DNA of 64,000 nucleotides from positions 1,295 to 65,294 of the IMG/VR virus record IMGVR_UViG_3300037807_000296; one strand, written 5' to 3'. The notes under the pieces are model-generated. The model was not told the origin of the DNA, made no database searches, and saw nothing but the letters and a program-made list of their open reading frames with translations. Both the position numbers and the translations under genes were made by a program. Every line of letters starts with the position of its first letter. Within the stretch, counting starts at the first letter, position 1. The DNA is from a virus. Taxonomy: Duplodnaviria; Caudoviricetes. Shown here piece by piece: positions 1 to 10,221 of this stretch.

Positions 1-777
1 TGTAAATTTATTATAGGCAATCATGATACATTCTTTAGGGATACATTATCAGTTAATTCCCCATCATTATTAATTGATAAAGATATGATAGTAGATGTAC
101 CACAAGAGTGGATGGGGATTGATTTAATTCCGTGGATCAACTCAGAGAATGAAGATAGTGTTGCGGAGTTTATCAAAAACTCGACTAACCGAATTGCAGG
201 AGGTCATTTTGATCTTGCTGGTTTCTATATGAATAAAGGTGTTAAGTCTCAGTACACAGCTAGATCCAGAGAATCGTTAAACAAATATGAGAAAATATTC
301 TCAGGACATTTTCACACTAGATCAGATGATGGTCACGTGTATTATATAGGGGCTCCGTATGAAATGACTTGGGCTGATTATGATGATCCTCGAGGTTTTG
401 TAGTATATGATACAGAAACACAAGAACATGATTATATAGATAATCTTCATACAATATATGCTCAATGTTTATATAATAATGGATTAGAATATCTTCCTAA
501 AGATAAAATAGTAAAACTTATTGTAGAGAGAAGAGAGAATTACAGCTCTTTTGAATTACTTACATATAAATTGATAGATCAATCGATTGATGTTAAGATC
601 ATTGAAGTGTTACCTGATGATGTAATAAGTGTAGATGTAGCTGATTTTGAAGTGATAGACACAGAAAAGTATTTGTTGGGATGGGTTGATAGATTAGAAT
701 CTGATATACATACTATTGCAGATAAAAAATCCATTAAGAGGTTGTTGTCTAAAATGTATAAAGAGGCTATGACGTGA
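1..777 (+). CDS. 47: Recombination nuclease subunit gp47 (Mre11/SbcD-like), 5'-truncated by the window
   Basis: Frame is open from base 1 (CKFIIGNHD...); metallophosphoesterase motifs GNHD, GHF, SGHFH, YIGAPY; overlaps gp46. Confidence 0.92.
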   Translation, partial: CKFIIGNHDTFFRDTLSVNSPSLLIDKDMIVDVPQEWMGIDLIPWINSENEDSVAEFIKNSTNRIAGGHFDLAGFYMNKGVKSQYTARSRESLNKYEKIFSGHFHTRSDDGHVYYIGAPYEMTWADYDDPRGFVVYDTETQEHDYIDNLHTIYAQCLYNNGLEYLPKDKIVKLIVERRENYSSFELLTYKLIDQSIDVKIIEVLPDDVISVDVADFEVIDTEKYLLGWVDRLESDIHTIADKKSIKRLLSKMYKEAMT

Positions 778-2432
778 TTAAGTTTAAGAGTATAACATTC
801 AAAAATGTATTATCGTATGGCAATATTCCAACTACCATAGAATTAGATGTATGCGGAACTTCTCTAATAACGGGAGCTAATGGTTGTGGTAAATCATCAA
901 GTTTATTGGATACATTGTGTTATGGTTTATATGGTAAAGCGTTTAGAAAGATTAATAACATTGATTTGATTAATCGTATTAATAACAAAGCAGCTGAAGT
1001 TGAAATTGTGTTTGATGTAAATGATCGTAATTATATCGTGCGGAGAGGAATGAAACCTACTAAGTTTGATATCACGGTTGATGGAAAACCTCGTAATAAA
1101 GATGCTGCTGTTCGTGATCAACAGGATTGGTTAGAGAGTGTTCTTGGTATGAATGAAAAGAGTTTTAGACAGATTGTTGTCTTAGGCTCAGGTAATTATA
1201 TCCCATTTATGCAGTTATCATCTAATGATAGAAGAAAGGTTATTGAACAGCTTCTTGATATAGAAATATTCTCTAGTATGAATGTTACGTTAAAAGAACA
1301 TGTCCGTATTGTAAAAGATAGTGTAAAATCTACTCAACATGATTATGATATATTAGAAAGAGAAGTTGATGTTAATCGTAAACATATTAATGATAATGAT
1401 GTGAAACGATCTGTGTCATTACAGAAGCTAGATGAAGAAATTAATAAAATTGATGCTGATATTAAAAAACTCAACAACGAGAATAAAGAGTTGAGTTCAA
1501 TTGATACGTCAGATATCAAAGGTAAAATTCGGAAATTAACATCCATTAAAAGTGATGTGGATGCACGGATAAAATCAAATAAAAGTATGATTAAAATTAT
1601 TAATAACGCTAATGGAACTTGTCCTACATGCACCCAGTCTATAAGTGAATCATTTAAAAATAGTTATATATCTGGTAGTGAAAGTGTTATCGATAGGTTA
1701 GAGGAGGGGAAAGTTGAGATGGTTGATGTGCTTGATTCTATGAATGATATGTTAAGTGTCATGGAGTTGAATATGAAAAAGTTATCTGAAAATGAGACTA
1801 TTATTGATCAGAAGTTATCATTGATAACGATGTTAAAAGAATCAGATGCTATTACAGATGACTCTAAGCTTAAAGAGGATGTTAAGTTAAAGGAAGATGA
1901 GTTAAAATTGTTTAGGAGATCATTGAGTAAATATAATAAAACTGCTAATCATTTAAGTGTTATTGAGATTATGTTAAAAGATTCAGGAATTAAGACTAGA
2001 ATCATTAAAAAGTATCTTCCTGTACTTAATGGTATAATTAACAAATATTTACAAGTATTTGAATTTAATGTGATATTGAATTTAGATGAGACGTTTAACG
2101 AGACTATAACACAGAATGGCAGAATAATTTCAGGTTATAATAATTTTAGTGAAGGAGAAAAGCTGAGAGTTGATCTTGCTATTCTATTTTCATTTAGAGA
2201 ACTTGCACGAGTTAAAAACAGCGCAAATACTAATATATTAATATTAGACGAGACTCTTGATAAGTCTATGGATAGTACTGGAGTTGAGCATTTTTTAAAT
2301 ATTATCAGAGAGCAAGATAAATCACATATATTTGTTATATCTCATAAAGATGATATGGCAGGTAATTTTAATAGAAATATCAACGTGACAAAAGATGGTC
2401 AATTTTCTGTTTTAACTGAAACGATGTTGTGA
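774..2432 (+). CDS. 46: Recombination ATPase subunit gp46 (Rad50/SbcC-like)
   Basis: Walker A GANGCGKS, CPTC zinc hook, signature FSEGEK, Walker B LILDE, coiled coil. Confidence 0.95.
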   Translation: MIKFKSITFKNVLSYGNIPTTIELDVCGTSLITGANGCGKSSSLLDTLCYGLYGKAFRKINNIDLINRINNKAAEVEIVFDVNDRNYIVRRGMKPTKFDITVDGKPRNKDAAVRDQQDWLESVLGMNEKSFRQIVVLGSGNYIPFMQLSSNDRRKVIEQLLDIEIFSSMNVTLKEHVRIVKDSVKSTQHDYDILEREVDVNRKHINDNDVKRSVSLQKLDEEINKIDADIKKLNNENKELSSIDTSDIKGKIRKLTSIKSDVDARIKSNKSMIKIINNANGTCPTCTQSISESFKNSYISGSESVIDRLEEGKVEMVDVLDSMNDMLSVMELNMKKLSENETIIDQKLSLITMLKESDAITDDSKLKEDVKLKEDELKLFRRSLSKYNKTANHLSVIEIMLKDSGIKTRIIKKYLPVLNGIINKYLQVFEFNVILNLDETFNETITQNGRIISGYNNFSEGEKLRVDLAILFSFRELARVKNSANTNILILDETLDKSMDSTGVEHFLNIIREQDKSHIFVISHKDDMAGNFNRNINVTKDGQFSVLTETML

Positions 2433-2513
2433 TTTTAATGTAAAATAACAGTTAACATATATAGTAATGTGCTGTATGATTAATAATATAATATAACTAA
2501 TGAGGATTTTAAT

Positions 2514-3170
2514 ATGAAACTATGTAAAACAACCCAAGAAGCTATTAAGAACGTTTCTTCCATTAATCAAAGTATTATTTTTAAAACAGGGGAGAGTAGA
2601 CTTAATACAATATCAGCTGAAAAAAATATATTAGCTTCTATCGCGATTGATGAGACATTCCCAGTTGATTGTGCTATATATGATTTGAATAGTTTCTTAG
2701 GAGCAATTAACTTGTTTGATGATCCTGAATTAACATTTAATGATACTAATGTAATTATATCAGAAGGTAATAATAACTGTGTATTCTATTATACTGATCC
2801 AAGTATAGTTATTTCTCCTCCGGAAAAAGATATTAAACTACCATCATTAGATGTAGAGTTTAATCTTAAAGAAGAATCAATCTACACTCTTCTAAAAGCA
2901 TCAAGTGTTTTAGGAGTTGAGGATATAGTGATTAAAGGAGGAGATGGTAAAATTGTGATGCAAGCTGCTGATATTAAAACCTCTGGATCTAATTCTTTTA
3001 CAATTGAACTCGGAGAATATTCTGGTGGTGTTTTTCAAGCTAGTATTAAAACTTATCATATTAAACTTCTTCCAGGAAGTTATAATATACAAGTATGTCG
3101 AGATGGTATTTCTAAATGGTCTAATGTCAATCGAGATGCTACATATCACGTTGCAATGAGTATGGTGTAA
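2514..3170 (+). CDS. 45: DNA polymerase sliding clamp gp45
   Basis: SINQSI, IYDLNSFL, DPSIV motifs; synteny 46-45-44-62. Confidence 0.92.
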   Translation: MKLCKTTQEAIKNVSSINQSIIFKTGESRLNTISAEKNILASIAIDETFPVDCAIYDLNSFLGAINLFDDPELTFNDTNVIISEGNNNCVFYYTDPSIVISPPEKDIKLPSLDVEFNLKEESIYTLLKASSVLGVEDIVIKGGDGKIVMQAADIKTSGSNSFTIELGEYSGGVFQASIKTYHIKLLPGSYNIQVCRDGISKWSNVNRDATYHVAMSMV

Positions 3171-3433
3171 TGTCGGATTCTAAAAGTAATTATGAAAATA
3201 GCAGTTATGATTGTGAACACTTTATTTACGATTCGTTAATGCCTATGATTAGAAGTGTTGAGGAAAATCAATATCACCGTTATAGTGATGATATGCATGA
3301 TGTGTTTTTAGATGTGTTTTGTATGGCGTATAGTGTAATGCGACATTCAGGTTGGTCTGAAGAGATGATAACTGAACAAATACATAATATAGATAGTAAT
3401 GTTGATTACAGTATTCAGGAAACTATACATTGA
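3170..3433 (+). CDS. Hypothetical protein
   Basis: 87-aa ORF overlapping both neighbours. Confidence 0.6.
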   Translation: MSDSKSNYENSSYDCEHFIYDSLMPMIRSVEENQYHRYSDDMHDVFLDVFCMAYSVMRHSGWSEEMITEQIHNIDSNVDYSIQETIH

Positions 3434-4374
3434 AAATGCAAATGATATGGGTTGAGAAGTATAGACCTCAAACGATTAAAGATTTAATTCTTCCTGATAA
3501 AGTAAAATCTACTTTTGAAGATTATGTGAATAATGGAGATTTTACTCATTTAATGCTCACAAGTCCTAGTCCAGGAACTGGAAAAACTTCTTGTGCGAAA
3601 GCGTTGTGTCAAGATCTTGATTTTGATTATATAGTGATAAATGGTTCAAATGAAGGTCGTCAAATAGATGTTCTAAGAACATCTATGCTTAATTACGCTA
3701 CTACTATATCTCTCAATGGTAAACCTAAATGTATTATCATTGATGAAGCTGATCATCTTGGTCCTCAAGTACAGAAAGCGTTTCTTAATTTTCTTGAAGA
3801 ACATTCAGATAAGGTTAGATTCATTCTAACCGCTAACAGTACTAATAAACTAATCGAGCCTATACATTCTAGAACTACAGAGATTAAATTTAATACTAGT
3901 AAAGCAGATAAACCTATGATGATGGCTACAATCATGAAACGATTGATGTTCATTCTCACAGAAGAAAAAATCGAACTTAAAGATCCTAAGATTTTAGCGA
4001 CTCTTATTGAGAAACATTATCCTGACAATAGACGGATTATTAATGAGCTTCAGAGATATTCGAGTTCAGGTGTGATAGATGTTGATGTACTTGAGATGTT
4101 ATCTCAGGATCATATCAATGAGTTGGTTAATGCTTTAAAGAAGAAAGATTTTAATCAGATGCGAATTTGGGTTGGAGAGAATATGGATCATGATATTCAA
4201 GGAATGTTCAAAGTTGTATATGAATATATGCTCCCATTACTAAATCCTGCGAGTATCCCTGAAGCGGTTGTGATGATGAGTGAGTATATCCATAAATGTA
4301 ATTTCGCAGTAGATTCAGAAATTCATTTAGTTGCTTTTTTTACAGAGTTGATGGTAACAGTTGAGTGGAAGTAA
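3430..4374 (+). CDS. 44: Clamp loader ATPase subunit gp44
   Basis: WVEKYRP, SPGTGKTS, IIDEAD RFC-type motifs. Confidence 0.96.
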   Translation: MKMQMIWVEKYRPQTIKDLILPDKVKSTFEDYVNNGDFTHLMLTSPSPGTGKTSCAKALCQDLDFDYIVINGSNEGRQIDVLRTSMLNYATTISLNGKPKCIIIDEADHLGPQVQKAFLNFLEEHSDKVRFILTANSTNKLIEPIHSRTTEIKFNTSKADKPMMMATIMKRLMFILTEEKIELKDPKILATLIEKHYPDNRRIINELQRYSSSGVIDVDVLEMLSQDHINELVNALKKKDFNQMRIWVGENMDHDIQGMFKVVYEYMLPLLNPASIPEAVVMMSEYIHKCNFAVDSEIHLVAFFTELMVTVEWK

Positions 4375-4375
4375 T

Positions 4376-4759
4376 ATGTCTAAAATAAATCCATTTGATT
4401 TTTTAAACAAGATTAATAACAATGGGAATAATATTGTTAGAGATAATCCAGAACTAACATACCCAGAGTTTATGGTTAATAGAGGTATGTCACTTCACTC
4501 TGATACAATCTTTCAAGCGTATCAGGCTGATCAAATGCACGATATACACGATGAAGCTAAAATGGATTATTATATCGGAAGTGTATCGAAAAGGAAACGA
4601 TACAGTAAATGGCCAAAACAAGTTGCAGATGATGATGTAACGTTTATACAAGAGTTATATCAAGTTAATCGATATATAGCTGAAGATTATATTAAATTAA
4701 TGCCTGATAATGGTGTTGATATGCTTAGATCTAAGTATAATAAAGGAGGCATGGTTTAA
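4376..4759 (+). CDS. 62: Clamp loader small subunit gp62
   Basis: PFDFLN, FMVNRGMS, KRKRYSKW motifs; follows gp44; start moved to ATG 4376. Confidence 0.88.
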   Translation: MSKINPFDFLNKINNNGNNIVRDNPELTYPEFMVNRGMSLHSDTIFQAYQADQMHDIHDEAKMDYYIGSVSKRKRYSKWPKQVADDDVTFIQELYQVNRYIAEDYIKLMPDNGVDMLRSKYNKGGMV

Positions 4760-4815
4760 CATTTTCTAGAATCATAAATAACTTGATATTAATGATTTAC
4801 AGAGAATATTGGATT

Positions 4816-5223
4816 ATGGAAATTGAAGAAGTTGTTAAATGGGATACCTCTCTTTTAATTAAAGTTGAGTTAATTGATACAGATAGTTTTCTAAAAATTA
4901 AAGAGACATTGTCAAGGATAGGCATCAGTACAAAGGATAATGTATTATATCAAAGTTGTCATATACTACATAAACGTGGTGTATATTTCATAGTGCATTT
5001 TAAAGAGATGTTTGCTATGGATGGTAAACACGTGAATTTCACGTTGGAAGATATGACTAGACGGAATCGCATAACACTCTTATTAGAGGAATGGGGGTTA
5101 TTGGAGATAGTATCAGACAACTTCAATGAGCAACCAAGATCTGATTATAACAATTTTAAAGTTATACCTTATAAAGATAAACATAACTGGGAATTGATAC
5201 CTAAATACAGTTTCGGGAGATAG
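4816..5223 (+). CDS. regA: Translational repressor RegA
   Basis: FLKIKETLSRIGI, LYQSCHILHKRG, YFIVHFKEMF signature; probable start ATG 4816. Confidence 0.95.
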   Translation: MEIEEVVKWDTSLLIKVELIDTDSFLKIKETLSRIGISTKDNVLYQSCHILHKRGVYFIVHFKEMFAMDGKHVNFTLEDMTRRNRITLLLEEWGLLEIVSDNFNEQPRSDYNNFKVIPYKDKHNWELIPKYSFGR

Positions 5224-5291
5224 ATGTTACCTGTGTATGAATGTATAGAGTTAAAATAAGCGGATAAACATACACAGTATTACTCCAGTTA

Positions 5292-5708
5292 ATGACTAGT
5301 AATACAACCAAAGGAATAATTATGAGTACAAGTGAAGATATTTTTAAACAATTTGATGGCGAAAGTTTTGAATTTGGGATTGACTTCGTCGATAGCGTCA
5401 GCAAAGAACAAGAAGTTGATGACATTAAACAAGTAGTATCAGACAGCAATAGTAACCTAGAACATAAATTAGATGGACTAACATCTCACTTAGATCAATT
5501 AGCAGCTAAGATAGACTTTAGCGAATCTAAAGAATTAGTAGAAGCTAATGCGCAGCGCAAGGTGGTTGACATTGTGCAATTGATAGTACCTTTGCTTCGT
5601 AACCTACAAAAATCTCCAGAATCAGATACCATTTATTGGCCTGGTTCTAAGAGGGTGCCGATGATCGATTCTCAGTTAAATAAGATGAAAGTGATATTAG
5701 ATAGTTAA
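5292..5708 (+). CDS. Conserved hypothetical coiled-coil protein
   Basis: 138-aa ORF (start may be 5322, after AAGGA); PLLRNL..SPE..IYWP motif. Confidence 0.65.
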   Translation: MTSNTTKGIIMSTSEDIFKQFDGESFEFGIDFVDSVSKEQEVDDIKQVVSDSNSNLEHKLDGLTSHLDQLAAKIDFSESKELVEANAQRKVVDIVQLIVPLLRNLQKSPESDTIYWPGSKRVPMIDSQLNKMKVILDS

Positions 5709-7003
5709 CTGTCTAGATAGAACCCTAGATCTTTCCACGTCAAACCAACAATATCATCCTCTGTTCCTAAATATTGAAGGTAGTTGTTACGAAGATAAGA
5801 TAATTTGGTTATCACTTGGTTGAAATTTGTCCGTGCTAATCTTATGATCACAGATGGTGATAAGTGTGGTAATTGATCAGCCATTAATACTCCAGTTCTG
5901 AAACACCCTAACTCAATATGACATATGTTACTATATCTAAATCCTTTAGTTTTGGTTGATTTTTTATGAGCTCTCTCAAATGAATTTAAACCAGTATCAT
6001 CCACATCGTTTAATTTTGTGCTAAGCATTTTAATACCAGCTCTCTTAAACGAATTTAAACCATTTTCATCTATATCATCTAATCTAGTGTTGAGGGTTTT
6101 GATACCAACTCTCTGAAACGTATTCAAACCATTTACATCTACATCATTTAATTTAGTCTCATTTCCTTTTCTTGTGTTTCGGATACAAGCATTCAAACCA
6201 TTTTCGTCTATATCATTCAATTTAGTATTAAGCATTTTAACACCAACTCTCTGAAACGTATTCAAACCATTTTCGTCTATATCATTTAGTTTCGTATTAG
6301 ATGCTTTAATACCAACCCTCTGAAATGTATTCAAACCATCTTCGTCTATGTTGTTTAGTTTAGACTCAATCATCCGTTTAGTTGATGGTATTTTAACATT
6401 ATCAATCCAATCAGGATCGTTGTAATGTGATTTAATTTTATCTACAGCTGCTACCCACACTGTAGATTTCCAATCAGGGTTATTGTGATACTTGCTGTTA
6501 CTCTTACCTATCTGGATGCATGCTGGTTTCCACACATCATTAACCCAATTTACATCTTCATGGTGTTTGGATATCTTCAAGCTAGTTCTGTTAAATTCAT
6601 TTAACCCATTATCATCAATATTATTTCTTTTAGTTTCGAGTCCCTTATTAATACTTTCTACTGAATTCATAAACGAGTTAGCATACGATAGATTATAGAA
6701 TAAAGGATTTGAAGCTGCCTCATATTCTCTTTGTAACTTCTCCTCGTAATCTAAACAATCTTTCTTAAACGAAAATGTTTTAACGATAATGCGTTCTAAT
6801 TGAGGGGATTGATTTTTTTGAAGGATCTTGAAATGCTCAACGGTAGAAGATCCAAAGTAAGTATCCTCTTCAGGATTAATATTTTTCTCAATGAGTTCTT
6901 TACGTGTTGAGGAACCAATATAATACTTCTCTGTTCCTATAGGATTGAGATCAGTAATAAGATAAACGTAAAAGTTGGGGCCGCTATAAATAGATGTATA
7001 CAT
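5705..7003 (-). CDS. Free-standing GIY-YIG (Seg-like) endonuclease with tandem repeats, paralog 1
   Basis: YVY...YIG, Arg, Glu and FYN motifs in the first 110 aa; 23-aa and ~21-aa repeats; C-terminal domain ending WKDLGFY. Confidence 0.88.
   Translation of the reverse strand: MYTSIYSGPNFYVYLITDLNPIGTEKYYIGSSTRKELIEKNINPEEDTYFGSSTVEHFKILQKNQSPQLERIIVKTFSFKKDCLDYEEKLQREYEAASNPLFYNLSYANSFMNSVESINKGLETKRNNIDDNGLNEFNRTSLKISKHHEDVNWVNDVWKPACIQIGKSNSKYHNNPDWKSTVWVAAVDKIKSHYNDPDWIDNVKIPSTKRMIESKLNNIDEDGLNTFQRVGIKASNTKLNDIDENGLNTFQRVGVKMLNTKLNDIDENGLNACIRNTRKGNETKLNDVDVNGLNTFQRVGIKTLNTRLDDIDENGLNSFKRAGIKMLSTKLNDVDDTGLNSFERAHKKSTKTKGFRYSNICHIELGCFRTGVLMADQLPHLSPSVIIRLARTNFNQVITKLSYLRNNYLQYLGTEDDIVGLTWKDLGFYLDS
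5948..6637 (-). repeat. Coding repeat array A-B-B-B-A6 (A = 23 aa/69 bp TKLNDIDENGLNxxxRxxxK; B = ~21 aa NDPDW type)
   Basis: Visible in both translation and DNA. Confidence 0.9.
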
Positions 7004-7030
7004 GATAATACTCCAGTATTGTTGTGTTAG

Positions 7031-7063
7031 AAAGGGATTGATGCTAAGAACATTAATCCTTTT
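7031..7063 (+). terminator. Hairpin plus T-run, conserved upstream of the three GIY-YIG paralogs
   Basis: AAAGGGATTGATG-7nt-CATTAATCCTTTT. Confidence 0.6.
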
Positions 7064-7102
7064 TGTGTATCTATGATTATTTATCGTTTAAAGAATCTCT
7101 CG

Positions 7103-7131
7103 TTCACAATTATCGTTTTGTGTGGTATAAT
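7103..7131 (+). promoter_or_regulatory. Sigma70-type promoter for gene 43
   Basis: TTCACA-17-TATAAT with extended TG. Confidence 0.65.
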
Positions 7132-7137
7132 TGTGTT

Positions 7138-9642
7138 ATGATTAAAAATAAAAACACGTATGTATCTGTTGCCAAGCAAGGTAACAAAATTCTTCACCGT
7201 TTCGTTGATGAGAACGGTAATAAACACAACGAGAAGGTCACCTATAAACCTACACTCTTCACTAAATCTAAAGATGAATATAAACACAAGGATCTGCACG
7301 GAAATTCTATGCAACCCCATAAGTTTGATAATATGTGGGAAGCATCTCAATTCATTAATCAATATAAAGATGTAGATGGGATTGAAGTTGGGGGAATGGA
7401 TAATCATGTTCTAGCGTATCTGGGTGATGTGTATCGTGATAGAGATCTTCAGAGACCTGATGGTATTAGTATCCTCATCTATGATATTGAGACTGAGTTT
7501 GTAGCAGGAAATGGGTTCCCTTTTCCGGATTTGGCAGCACATAGAATCAATGCTGTATCAGTATATTCATCATTGGAAGACAAATATTGGGTATTAGGTT
7601 TAGGACCAGATACATGGGAGTCGGATGAGTGTGAGTATAGGGCGTTTGATACTGAAACCGCTCTTCTTGAGAATTTCATTGAGCTTTGGAGATCCATTGA
7701 TCCTGATATAATATCTGGATGGAATATTGACACATTTGATAATCCATACATCTACAATCGAATCACATCAATACTTGGGCAAGCGTATGCTGATAGTTTA
7801 AGTCCGTGGGGAATTGTTAAGAAGCGTATGATTAGGGATAAGTTTGGTAAGGATAAAGAGATTGTTGATTTCACGGGTATTGCATCTTTTGATTATATCC
7901 AGTTGTATCAGAAGTTTACGTTTACCGTTAGAGAGAATTACAAATTAGATACTATAGCTCATATTGAGTTAGGGGATAATAAAATCTCTTATGATGAGCA
8001 TGCAGATTTAATGCAGTTGTATGAGAATGATTATCATAAGTTTCTTGAATATAATTTGAAAGATACTCAGTTGGTTAAGAGGTTAGATGATGCTTTAGGT
8101 CTTATGGATATTGGTATCAACTTCTCGTATATGGTTAAAGTTCCGTTTGATAAAGTGTTTGGAACTGTTACTCCTATAGATGCATGGATATATAATTACT
8201 GTTTAGCTAATGATATAATCGTTCCCCGAAATAGTCCATTTCAAGGAGATGCATCATTTATGGGAGGGTATGTATCAGATCCTGTAATAGGAAGACATGA
8301 TTGGATAATCAGTTCAGATTTAACATCGTTGTACCCGAGTATCATTAGAGCGTTAAATATTAGTCCTGAAATGAAGATTGGGCATCGAGATGGTATTAGT
8401 ATAGACGCTCTTTTAAATAAAGAGATTGATCTTCGGGGTATCGATTATACTATTAGTGCGTCAGGGGTAATGTATGATAGATCTAAACAAGGTATGATTC
8501 CGCATCTCATTGAAGGGTTATTTAAAGAACGGAAATGGAATAAAGGGAAGATGTTTGAAGCACAACGAGAGGTGGAGAAGTTAAAATCTGAGGGAAAGGA
8601 TTACTCTGCTGCATCCAAACAAGTTGTCTTATATGATAATGCTCAGATGACAAGGAAGATTACGTTAAACTCTATTTTTGGTTCATTTGGATCTGTGTAC
8701 TTCAGGTACTTTGATTTAGATGCAGCTAGATCGATTACTCATACAGGGCAGTTGATTGTTAAGTGGATGAGTGTTGGAATGGAACAATTCTTTCAAGGTA
8801 TAGTACCATCTAAGAAAAAGTATTGTTATTACATTGACACTGATTCCAATTATTTTGATGTCACTCCTTTGGTTAATAAGATGCTTCCTAATGAATCACT
8901 TGATCAGAGAGTTGAAGCTCTTGCTAGATTTAGCTCCGACAAAATGGAACCTAAGCTCAATGAAGTGTATGATGAGTTGATGGATTATCTTAATGTAGCT
9001 GATAGATGTATCGCAGCTGATAGAGAGATTATTGGAACACAAGGAATTTGGGTATCAAAGAAGAGGTATGCTGTTAGAGTACATGATAATGAAGGGGTTA
9101 GATTAGACACTCCCAAGCTAAAGATTATGGGTCTCGATATCATTAAATCAAGTACTCCATCTATCCTTCGTGATAAACTTAAAGGTGCTTTAGAGATGAT
9201 GATGGATTCTGATAACAATACTCTCATCTCATATATAGATAAAATTCGAGATGATTATAAGGATTATACGATTGAGGATATTGGTATGCCTAAATCAGTG
9301 TCTTATGTTGATAAGTATATTGATCTAGATGGTGGGTTGATTAAAGGAACTCCGATTAATAGTAGAGCTGCTATCATACATAATAGATTGTTGATAGAAG
9401 GTGAAGCGTTAACAGAAATAGGAGATGGAGATAAGATGATATATGTATTTCTGAAAACTCCGAATCCGTATCATTCTAATGTAATTGCTTTTAAAGATGG
9501 CATTCCATCAAAATTTGATTCTAAATGGATTGATAGAGATGTTCAATTTGAGAAATCGTTTATCAAACCTCTTCAGTTAATGTTAAAAGCAGTAAACTGG
9601 AATCATGAGAAAAAAGCTGATTTGAGTGGTTTTTTTGGGTAA
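7138..9642 (+). CDS. 43: Family B DNA polymerase gp43
   Basis: Exo motifs YDIET, SGWNIDTFD, YNLKD; pol motifs DLTSLYPSII, KITLNSIFG, YIDTDS, KKRY; start taken as ATG 7138. Confidence 0.97.
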   Translation: MIKNKNTYVSVAKQGNKILHRFVDENGNKHNEKVTYKPTLFTKSKDEYKHKDLHGNSMQPHKFDNMWEASQFINQYKDVDGIEVGGMDNHVLAYLGDVYRDRDLQRPDGISILIYDIETEFVAGNGFPFPDLAAHRINAVSVYSSLEDKYWVLGLGPDTWESDECEYRAFDTETALLENFIELWRSIDPDIISGWNIDTFDNPYIYNRITSILGQAYADSLSPWGIVKKRMIRDKFGKDKEIVDFTGIASFDYIQLYQKFTFTVRENYKLDTIAHIELGDNKISYDEHADLMQLYENDYHKFLEYNLKDTQLVKRLDDALGLMDIGINFSYMVKVPFDKVFGTVTPIDAWIYNYCLANDIIVPRNSPFQGDASFMGGYVSDPVIGRHDWIISSDLTSLYPSIIRALNISPEMKIGHRDGISIDALLNKEIDLRGIDYTISASGVMYDRSKQGMIPHLIEGLFKERKWNKGKMFEAQREVEKLKSEGKDYSAASKQVVLYDNAQMTRKITLNSIFGSFGSVYFRYFDLDAARSITHTGQLIVKWMSVGMEQFFQGIVPSKKKYCYYIDTDSNYFDVTPLVNKMLPNESLDQRVEALARFSSDKMEPKLNEVYDELMDYLNVADRCIAADREIIGTQGIWVSKKRYAVRVHDNEGVRLDTPKLKIMGLDIIKSSTPSILRDKLKGALEMMMDSDNNTLISYIDKIRDDYKDYTIEDIGMPKSVSYVDKYIDLDGGLIKGTPINSRAAIIHNRLLIEGEALTEIGDGDKMIYVFLKTPNPYHSNVIAFKDGIPSKFDSKWIDRDVQFEKSFIKPLQLMLKAVNWNHEKKADLSGFFG

Positions 9643-9904
9643 TATAATATTGGAAACACAAAATTTAATCTTATTGGGAGCCTCTTTTATTATGGTATTA
9701 TTAAGAGGATTTCAACAACAAAATGTTATTCACTCATATTACTATTGGGCAGTGTTAACTACATGGGGATTATCTGTAGCTGAAGTTGCTATGTTGTTGT
9801 ATGTGGTTAAGATTGGATGGGAAGCAGTTCCGTATATCGGATTAGGAGGTTCATTTGGAGTTGTATCAGCAATGTATATCCATAAACGCTTCATTAGAAA
9901 ATAA
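9626..9904 (+). CDS. Small multi-pass membrane protein
   Basis: Three hydrophobic segments; exact start uncertain. Confidence 0.6.
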   Translation: MVFLGNIILETQNLILLGASFIMVLLRGFQQQNVIHSYYYWAVLTTWGLSVAEVAMLLYVVKIGWEAVPYIGLGGSFGVVSAMYIHKRFIRK

Positions 9905-9917
9905 CGTTAAATAGTTG

Positions 9918-9946
9918 TTGACTTTTATCATTTTATATAGTATAAT
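9918..9946 (+). promoter_or_regulatory. Sigma70-type promoter for the uvsX N-half
   Basis: TTGACT-17-TATAAT; SD AAGGAG before ATG 9977. Confidence 0.8.
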
Positions 9947-9976
9947 AATGATAGTATCAATGTAAGGAGATTATAA

Positions 9977-10216
9977 ATGAGTTTGTTAGATAAGTTAAAA
10001 AAAGCTAGTACGATTGAAGATGTTGAGGTTTTGAGTAATTCTGAATTTTTCACTGATAAAGATAATACAGTTACTGAATTACCTATTCTTAATATTGCGT
10101 GTTCAGGACAATTGGATAAAGGTTTCACTTCTGGATTGACTTTAGTCTGTGGGCCTTCAAAACATTTTAAATGTTGTGGACCTGATACACCTATTGTTGT
10201 TTACGTTGCTGATTAG
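9977..10216 (+). CDS. uvsX: UvsX recombinase N-terminal fragment fused to a 14-aa N-intein
   Basis: PILNIACSG...GLTLVCGPSKHFK (Walker A up to Lys), then CCGPDTPIVVYVAD-stop. Confidence 0.92.
   Translation: MSLLDKLKKASTIEDVEVLSNSEFFTDKDNTVTELPILNIACSGQLDKGFTSGLTLVCGPSKHFKCCGPDTPIVVYVAD
10172..10213 (+). mobile_element. Split intein N-fragment (IntN, 14 aa)
   Basis: Block A-like C-x-x-x-D-T-P-I starting exactly at the UvsX breakpoint. Confidence 0.85.
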
Positions 10217-10221
10217 ATTAA